Assembly: GCA_964016885.1 (NCBI GenBank)
Contig: OZ024741.1
Span: 166,284,001-166,348,000, forward strand
Direction: 5' to 3'
Length of the DNA stretch: 64,000 nt
Source: Eledone cirrhosa
Taxonomy: Eukaryota
Positions within the stretch are counted from its first letter, which is position 1, and each line of letters begins with the position of its first letter. The position numbers and the translations under genes are program-made. The notes under the pieces were generated by a model. It had not been told where the DNA came from. It did not search any database and saw only the letters and a list, made by a program, of their open reading frames with translations. Positions 54,716-64,000 of this stretch are shown here, one piece after another.

Positions 54716-55269
54716 CATATATATATACATATATATATATATAAAATCAAGGGAAAGCAACAAAAAAAAATGTTTAATAAATTTTAAAAAATTCACTGTA
54801 CCTACTATATGTGCCTTTACCGCGGTTTCAAATCCCAAACGAATAGATAATCCAGGCGGATTTCCATTGAGAAGGAGATTATCGTCATAAGGCATTTCTC
54901 TCCAGGAGAATATAAAATTCCCGAGTTAAAAATTTCAAACTGGCGCCATTCCAAACTGCCTCAGAATGAGAGCAAATGAATGATAAAGCAGTTTTTGGTA
55001 TGGTACCGTGTGCAAAGGTGAGAGCACGGTGGACAAGTCAATTCTGTACTGCTAAAAATAGCAGCCATTCAAACGACAATATGTTTCTTTACCATTGGGG
55101 AGAATAATAATAAAAGTATGTGTTCCTACATGTAAATAATACACATAGGGATACAAGTATAGTCCGACCATATGCGGTGTGGCTCAATGGCAAGTTAATA
55201 AATTAACAAGCCAGAACATATAAAATCAAGGGAAAGCAAATAACAAATTTATATTCTCCGGGAGAGAAA

Positions 55270-55351
55270 TGCCTTATGACGATAACTCCTTCTCAATGTT
55301 AATCCGCCTGGATTATCTATTCGTTTGGGAATTGAAACCGCGGTAAAGGCA
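55270..55351 (+). ncRNA. HHR variant with ATGACGA core (inverted copy 54812-54894)
   Basis: TGCCTT-ATGACGA-long stem II-GAAAC-CGCG-GTA|AAGGCA; lies in nested inverted repeats 54740-55535. Confidence 0.65.
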
Positions 55352-55530
55352 CATATAGTAGGTACAGTGAATTTTTTTTTTATTTATTTTAAATTTTTTT
55401 CTTTATTTGCTTTCCCTTGATTGTATATGTTCTGGCTTGTTAATTTATTAACTTGCCATTGAACCACACTGGCATATGGACGGACTATACTTGTATCCCT
55501 GTGTGTATTAATTACATATAGGAACACATA

Positions 55531-55569
<39 letters not shown>

Positions 55570-56843
55570 ATGCTCTATTGGCACACTGTTTTGTGTTATT
55601 GAAATGGTAGGCACACTGAGTTCAAATCTCATCGAGATCAACTTTGTATTTCGTTGTAAAGTCCCAGTTGTGAGTGTATATTAGGAGGATTATTAGAACG
55701 GCAGACCTTGTAATATTTGTTATGGATCTTTGCATTCTATGTTAAAATTTTGCTGTGACCTACTTGGGTGGTAGATTTAATCCGTCACCCTATTTAACAA
55801 CACTATATGGTTCTTCAGTGTCTTTAAATAGAGTTCACTCAGTTGTAGTATCAAGTCTCCGATTTGACGGTGTCTTTATACCTCCCCTTCATCAGTCACT
55901 GGGTCTCTGAAAAGAGTGATTGGCACTGCCCTGCTCTACCAAACTAAACAGTTAAAATATTATTTATAGGAAATAAGGAATGTTATTGTGTAATTTTACC
56001 AACTTAGATTATGTGAAATAGCTTCAAATGTCTATTCCTATCCTGCTCCGTTATAATACGTATTTCCGGGGCTTGTGTTGCAAAAACACTTCAGTCACAC
56101 AGTACGTTGTGTGCTTCCCCGTCAGTGCCTTTTCTTTGTTTATTTCTATCAGGTTCCTATTTTCTTTCATGTATTGGCCTCCTATGGTTTTTCTTGTTCT
56201 TTTATCCAGACCTTTATGTTTTCACAATTTCGGTTATTTGTCTTTTATCCTCATAACCGACTCTTTCAGCTTTATACATACTTATATAAATATCTATTAC
56301 ATGTAATATTATCTAGTAATGCCTTATTACATGTTAACACATAGTACATATATTACTACATACTAAATCTATCAATACCTATCACATATATTTATACACT
56401 TTGCACACACAAAAGCCGGTTTTTCCTACTCAACTTTATGTCTTTAGACCACACATGTTATGCAGATTTCAAAAACATTAAAATGTCATTATGTAATAGT
56501 TATCTAATGCGTTGCTGTCAGACAGGTGCTAAAAATGTAAACTGATTTTTTTGTGTGTTTGGTTTTGCTATGCCTATCGTTGAAGGGATGTTGTCATTTC
56601 GGGTTCCAGCAGGCATGTTCAACACCAACCAACTGACAACACATTTTAATGCCTTTGGAATGTGCATGAGAGGGATGATGTCAGGGCAATAAACGGAAGT
56701 TGAATATGTCAAACTGTTTCTCTTCTTCTTAATATTTATACTCCGGCTGATACCATATACGTATGTAATAACTTATGATACTCATGGTGTGGAATGCCTA
56801 CGTTTTATTGGACCATAGGATCAACCAATACTGGTTATTGAAC

Positions 56844-56921
<78 letters not shown>

Positions 56922-57109
56922 ACACATATATATAATGCAAGGACGATTGGTTAAGCGTTGATTGGTTGGTGACGCGTGTTTCGCTATTGATCAGCTCAAG
57001 GTTCGACTCTGGAATCAAAAGCTCGTCGGACCTCTGTTGTAGTAAATATCGTGTGTTCACTTGGGTGAACCTACAGTAACTTCGCATTACACTCCCTATA
57101 TACATGACG

Positions 57110-57830
57110 GATTCACATTATCTCAACGCGGATATATTGATCACCTGGACTGAACAAAGTCTAATTCATTGCCTTGGGTCCTATTCCCCTCTTGGACTCA
57201 ACTCAACTCCCCAATTTCTTTAATACCCCGTCCATTATCACACGTGCTTGTATATTCACCCCTAGATTCCTATCGCTCTCTCTTGATCATTAACATCCTC
57301 TCTTACAACTAATACAGACCGACTAAATATGTTCACTCCACTTTTCCCTTTAATGCTCTGTATACACACATACACACCCTTATATTAGCATACTTTCGTT
57401 CATAACTTCGTACTTACATGCACACACACTCTTTTACTAACATACACACACACATACTTCTTTTTAGCTTCGTACGGACGTATAATACAACACACACACA
57501 AACACACACATGCTTACGCACGTGCTCAAGTATAGCTCTTTTTACAAAACGTTTTTATTTTCCATTTCAGGCTGGCGCGCTCCATCATCCACTTTTCTAA
57601 AAAATAAATCATACACAAAACGCCAGCACCAATAGTTTTCCAAGAGATGTCAACATGAATGAACCTGTTATTTTTATCTAAAGACATTTATTTTCAATTC
57701 CAACCCACCCGTCCCCTCAATCTATTTTATTTATCATTCTCTCTTCTGATGAAGGACTAGCGTCCGAAACGTTAAGAACCTCTTCCTGCTATATCAAGCG
57801 TTAACCTAATATATCCCTTCTATATACTGT
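57110..57830 (+). mobile_element. PLE 3' remnant
   Basis: EQSLIHCLGSYSPLGLN (GIY-YIG C-terminus type) followed by a 3' UTR with an HHR. Confidence 0.65.
57742..57777 (+). ncRNA. Minimal type I HHR
   Basis: TCTT-CTGATGA-A-GGAC.TAGC.GTCC-GAAACGTT|AAGA; loopless palindromic stem III (ACGT). Confidence 0.85.
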
Positions 57831-57906
57831 ACCGATTATGTTGTTATTTCTGTTTACCTTTTACATACATACATACATACATACGTACATACATACATAC
57901 ATACAT

Positions 57907-59650
57907 AAAGTCCCACAACCATTGGTAGCTGCTGTTGAACGCCTGACCAAGAACTGGTACACCAATTTGATCCTTAGAGGTGAGAAGGAGCAGGTTAAGA
58001 CTGATAAGATACATTACCAGAAGGGCATCTTTCAGGGTGATAGCTTGTCAGTGCTACTCTTCGTCCTCTCACTGAATCCACTATCTTACCTACTCAGGAA
58101 ACAGGGTGGACAAAGAAGTGGGCCCAGAAGTATCTCCCATCTTTTCTTTGTTGATGACCTGAAGTTGTATGGGCCAAATATCAATGACATCAAGAAACAA
58201 TTGGACCTCATTACACAATTTTCAACAGACATCAAAATGAAATTTGGTGAGTTCAAGTGTGCATATTTGGCAATAAAACGTGGAAGAGCTGTGCCCTCCT
58301 CTAGAAATCTAGAGATGAACGGCCTGAGAATACAACCTCTACAGTCAGGTGACAACTACAGATATCTTGGACAGGATGAGAATGTCAGATATGATGGACC
58401 CATAAATAAGGAGAGAACCAGAACTGAATACCTCAGAAGAGTAAAGAAAATATGGTCATCAGAACTGTCAGCATACAACAAATACATTGCCCACAATACT
58501 TATGCTGTGCCAATTCTAACGCCAACATTTGGCCTGCTGAACTGGTCATTGCAAGAACTAAGTGAGATGGATGTTAGAACTCGAAAACTTCTCAGTGTTA
58601 CTGGGAACTTTAACATCAATGGTGATGTGGATAGGCTATACTTCTCACGCAAGGAAGGTGGCCGGGGTCTAAAATCAATATTAACAACATATGAGACCTG
58701 GATAGTAATACTGAAGCAACACCGTCAACAGAGGAAAAAGGTTGGCAGCCATCTTGCCAAGGTTTATGAGCATGAAAAAAAAAATATCATTAGAATAGCG
58801 ACTGATCTGGAGGAGAGATATGGAATAAAGCCTGATATAAATCTGTCACCCAGAGAAATCGGAAGATCCTATTCAATGTTCAAACAAGATAAAAAAATTG
58901 ACCAATTTACAGAAAAAGTTGTGCATGGATACTTGAGGCGTAAAACACAGACCATAGAGGGGATAAACCACTCAAAAAGCCTGGCATGGAGTTCCGACAA
59001 GTTTATGACATCACACCTTGAGGGATATCTCTATGCAATACAGGAACAAGAACTCCCTACCAAATATCTGCTGCACAAAAGAGGAGGGCCAGCAGCTGAC
59101 AATAAATGTAGGCTATGTAAAACAAAGATCGAGGATGTAAGCCACATTGTTGCCAGCTGCGAAAGAATGTCATCTCGCTACTAGCTCCCCACATTGGGAC
59201 CACACATTGAGACCACACATTGGGACCACACATTGAAAACGTATTCTGTTGTGGAGATCAGCTGCCCACTTGATGTAAACGTTGTCAGAAAAATACAGGA
59301 GAAGGAGGACATCTACGGACCATTGATGAGGAGTTTACAAATCCAGTATCCAAGATACACCTTTAGCTTCATACCCATCATTATTGGAGCTACGGGTTAT
59401 ATACCAACCCGCTTGGACCAAAGTATGACTGAACTTGGATTTGCGGACAAAAAGCGCAGCTCCCTAATTCATAGTCTACAAATGGCTGCGATAGCTGGCA
59501 CCTTCAAAATTTGCAAAACATTTTTGCGATTCAAGGGATGACAATTTCTTTTCTTTTATAACCTTGCCACCAGGAAGGTGGCCGGTCAAAAAAAATATAC
59601 TCGAAATTAAGAGAAAAAGATATACATACATACATACATACATACATACA

Positions 59651-59682
<32 letters not shown>

Positions 59683-60165
59683 CAGGAACAAGAACTCCCT
59701 ATCAAATATCTGCTGCACAAAAGGGGAGGGCAATCAGCTGACAATAAATGTAGGCTATGTAAAACAATGATCGAGGATGTAAGCCACATTGTTGCCAGCT
59801 GCGAAAGAATGTCATCTCGCTACTACCTCCCCATGAGACACAATGGGATAGCTAGAACCATCTGGAACGCACTTCGGAAAACAAAATTAACAACAAACGA
59901 GGAAGAATATATTGAGACAGATGGCACTAAGGAATACTGGTGGAACCTGAAAATAAAAACTGCCACCAAATTAAAGCACAACCGGCCTGATATTGTTGTT
60001 TGGGACCACACATTGAAAACGTGTCTACAAATGGCTGCGATAGCTGGCACCTTCAAAATTTGCAAAACATTCTTGCGATTCAAGGGATGACAATTTCTTT
60101 TCTTTTACAACTTTGCCACCAGGATGGTGGCCGGTCAAAAAAATATACTCGGAATTAAGAGAAAG
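57907..60165 (+). mobile_element. R4/Dong-like LINE: 5'-truncated copy plus tandem 3' copy
   Basis: GIFQGDSLS, HLFFVDDLKLY, YRYLG, EGGRGL, CRLC..H..C, HNRPDIVVWD, VVEISCP; (CATA)n at 57865-57906 and 59622-59680. Confidence 0.93.
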
Positions 60166-60169
60166 AGAT

Positions 60170-60300
<131 letters not shown>

Positions 60301-60476
60301 CGAGTAGGACCCCGACGGCTGAGCTCAAGCCGTTTCGACGGCTAATTCTGGACGGACGGCTAATTCTGAGCTCAGCCGTCGGGGTCCTACTCGTTCCTAT
60401 TACCCACTCTACTACCCTAAGTATTGAGTACTTTGGTGCGTTATGGTCCACCTGGTTCCTTACCACATTTCCTCTG

Positions 60477-60554
<78 letters not shown>

Positions 60555-60579
60555 ATAGAGGTGTAACACACAAGTTATG

Positions 60580-60880
60580 ATATATTGGTAAACGGAATAG
60601 AAAATGCTGACATATTGTTCACAGTGAAAAATAGTTTAATTAGGAATAAGTGATAATTAGTAATAGTATTGGTTAGTATTAAGTTTTGGTTTTAAGTTTT
60701 ACTGGTTGCGCATTTCTAATGCTTTTCAAAAATAATTTTGAGATAGAGCGTCCGTGATGTTTGCTCTAAAACCAAAACTTAATACTAGCCAATACTATTA
60801 CTAGTTATCACTTATTCCTAATTAAACTATTTTTCACTGTGAACAATTTGTCAGCATTTTCTATTCCGTTTACCAATATA
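60580..60880. repeat. Inverted arms enclosing a U3-A8 HHR-like motif
   Basis: 60583-60693 mirrored at 60767-60880. Confidence 0.85.
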
Positions 60881-60923
<43 letters not shown>

Positions 60924-61050
60924 AAAGTTATATTTAAATTGTTGGGTTACAACTAGTAAATATTTATAACTGATATAAAAGCACTCAACAAGTATTTGGA
61001 GTATATTTACGATATTAAATAAATGGAAACTATATTTATAAAACCATATT

Positions 61051-61116
61051 TATTTCATCATATATATTTCAGGGATATCATATTAACAATATGTTATGCC
61101 TTCCTCAGACAAAATA
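61051..61116 (-). ncRNA. Degenerate HHR (G at the cleavage position)
   Basis: TATTTTGT-CTGAGGA-AGG...CCT-GAAA-TATATA-TG|ATGAAATA. Confidence 0.5.
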
Positions 61117-62490
61117 CAATATAGACAGTTTTATAGATAAATAGATTTGACATACCGTTCAACATCGACTTGTATTTGAAAAAGTTGATTTGGCAGTGAA
61201 AAATTGTAAACAGAAAGAAAGAAAGAGAGAAAGAAGGAAAGAAAGAAAGAAAACGAAGAAAAAGAAGAAAAAGAAGAAATGCATGCAACAAAATAGAGAG
61301 ATGGAAAGATAGATAAAGAGTAGAACTTCATGTAAAGAAACAGAGAAAGATATATATAGAGAGAGGAAATAGATAGAGATAGATATACATAGAGAAAAGT
61401 AGGTAGTTGGACATCCGTTGAATGAACGTATCAATGATACATTTATTTATTTATTTATTTATTTAGCTCTAGTATTAATGTAAGGGAGATATATGTGGTT
61501 AGGAAAGAAACCAGCCGTTATATAGAGAGAAAAATGAAAAGTAACCAGACATAGGCGAGGCAGAATTTAAACCCTATGTTTTAATGTAGAAATATTAGTT
61601 CGTATAAAAACCAGACACTATAATGTAAATATCAGTATTCCTGAATGAGACACGTATCCATAATGTGTGAAAAGTAATGATCTTATGTCTAGTTTTAAAA
61701 ATTCATATGTTTATATGATAACTACAGACATCGATGTGAATTTACGTGATCAACTCTGCAAACCCCTATTTCACACGGAGAACATTCTCATTGTGCTATA
61801 AAAAGTTAAGTATACATATATGTGTATATATACACATATATATAGAGTCTATATTAATTTTAACAATACTATTCTTGTCTTTACTCTACATGATTATCTA
61901 TCAAGCAGAAATAGAGAACAGATTTCAATATATTAATAAAAAATATCAGAAACAAAAACAAAAAATAATAATAATAATAATAAACAAATAAATAAAATAG
62001 AAAACTAAAAAATATTACATATTAAAAATAAAAATATTAAAAATATTAAAAATATTAAAAAATATTATTAAAAAATATTAAAATAATAAAAAAAATAAAA
62101 ACATAATAGAAACATAATATGCCACGCAAATCGACCACAAAGATCAACCCTTCAAAATTAATTGACAATATATTGCCAAGTTCATTATAGGCATCAGAGT
62201 CGAAAACAGATAAAGCTAAAAATTATTTACCAAATCGCGTCTAGCAGAAATCATTTCAAAAAAGTTTAGGATGCCCATTTGGTCTACATATGTTCTTATA
62301 TTTAATATAGAAGTTTATCTAGTGTAACGTTTATTCGAAATATTTGGAGCATCAACTTTTAGGGTAGTTTAATTTTTCATGAAGAATGTTTAAATAAAAA
62401 TAAAAATAAAAATAAAAAGAAGAATAAAAAGAAGAAATCGAAAGATTTATCGGCTAGTTTCCCAAATAATTATAAATCAAACCAAATATA

Positions 62491-64000
62491 CTACATTTTA
62501 AGTTTAAATTTATATTTAAAAGTTGAGTTCAATCTATGTTTGCAGCAACTGAATAAATTTGTCCGTAGATTAAGGGAATTTTTAGATTTTAGTATAAAGA
62601 ATATCTCCACCGCGCAGAGGTCACATGTCTCAGAGGATGAATTAAAAGGAGTCCCTCTTGAGACTATATTCCAAGCCGTCGAATATCTAACGTTATCTTG
62701 CCTAAGTTGCCAGAGTATGCCTGATAGTGCTGTTGAAGATTTTTTGCTTGGATCTGTGAAAGAATTCTTGTGGTTATTATAGCGAAGTTTAAATTCCGTC
62801 GATGTGGAACCGACATAGTTAAAAGAATTAGAGTCCGTTTTAACATTACAGTTGTATATTATATTTTTAAATAAGCAGTTGTTATTTAACGGACATTTAG
62901 ATCTATCTCTACAGTTACATTTGTTAACTTGTATATTATTTATGCTATTATCGCTAGGTTTTAAGTTCCTATTATTTATTCTATTAATATTTTGTGCTAG
63001 ATTTTTGGTGGATGAGTAGGTTAATTTTATAGTATGTCTATTGAAAATTGAGTGATACCTATGTGTTCTAGGGAAGCGATTATCAAGAGCTTTAAAAAAT
63101 AGTTTAGCGATGTGGGTTTTAATGTTTAGTGAGAAAGGGGGGGGGCAAACCATATTATGCTCCTAGTTCTATTTCTTTTTTGGCTTTTGGAATTATTGTA
63201 ATGCTTTCTATTATAGTTGTTAAGGTTGTGGCCGTAATTAAAATAGTTGTTATTTTGTTTAGTTTGTCTATCATTATCTATGTACATAATCTTATCACTA
63301 TATCCTGCGCTAGCTAACGCTTCATTGTAGTACTGGGCTTTTTCGTCGAAAATCTTTCTATTAGACGAGATTCTAGAGATACGTTTTTGAACAGAGTTTA
63401 CTATAGTGTTTTTGACAGATCTGGGGTGGTTAGAGTTAAAGCTGACATAGTTTAAGTTTTCATTCAACTTGTGAAAAGGATAGTGAAGACATGTGTTGAG
63501 ATTTAATGTTATATCTAGGAAATTGACTATTCTATGGTTGTTCTCAATTTCTATTTTTAGATTAAAGTAATTAAAAAATTGTGTAATTTGTTTTCTTTTT
63601 CTATTTAGTTCAGAGTTATTATTATCAATAAGTAAAAGCATGTCATCTCTATATAAACCTCCGGTAGTACCAGGTATTTTCCTATGTAGCGAATTGATTA
63701 AAAATAAGCCCACAAGGTCAGTTACCTGAGCTGAGTCGGATGATCCCATAGTAATGTCAAAATTGCTATCTCTATCTGCTCTGGTCCATAGTTGGTCATT
63801 AAATTCTATCAATGTTTTCCTAGCCGATAATATAATGTGCATTTCATTGCTAGTTAGGTCTGTATGTTTGAATGCGTAATTTAGTGCCTTATTTAGTAGA
63901 TTAGGGGTAATAGAAGAATAATAGTTAGCAATATCAAGTTGAATAAACTTATTATTATTGTTATATTTAATTTGCTTAAACCACTCAACAACCTCTCCAG
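62491..64000 (-). mobile_element. Penelope-like element of a second clade (RT + C-terminal GIY-YIG), one frameshift, continues beyond the window
   Basis: FDITMGSSDSA, GLYRDD, VNFLDITL, SNHP, CNCR..CPL..C, IIYNC..YVGST, RYNNH, CDLC, CKHR; frameshift in the G-run near 63140. Confidence 0.92.

Noticed and set aside
55900-56820. Unique sequence as a decayed membrane-protein gene
   Set aside because: No convincing motif in any frame; many stops.
57570-57600. Acceptor followed by AGALHHPLF, resembling a kinase end
   Set aside because: Lies within a PLE 3' region; too short to support.

Overview
AT-rich, microsatellite-saturated eukaryotic DNA, almost entirely repeats. The SINE families and (TA)n/(CA)n/(GA)n density suggest an octopod cephalopod (inference). 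No intact cellular gene is evident; two possible host exons sit at 1-464, so the rest may be one giant intron. Recognisable elements: at least four Penelope-like elements (PLEs) with RT and/or GIY-YIG coding sequence, Tx1/L1-clade LINEs in (GATA)n, R4/Dong-like RLE LINEs in (CATA)n, an RTE LINE, Helitrons, hAT and other MITEs, and many tRNA-derived SINEs. The main non-obvious signal is more than 20 type I hammerhead ribozyme (HHR) motifs or half-motifs from about a dozen sequence families. They lie in short (TA)n-flanked, often fold-back PLE termini and include non-canonical cores (compensatory U3-A8, C4, A3, GCAA) and long stem II inserts. A second signal is a small cluster of short-intron genes (spliced SGNH esterase, orphan ORF, possible PHD remnant) at 2.2-4.9 kb. 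Most other ORFs in the supplied track are microsatellite artefacts. All alignments and folds were done by eye and boundaries are approximate.
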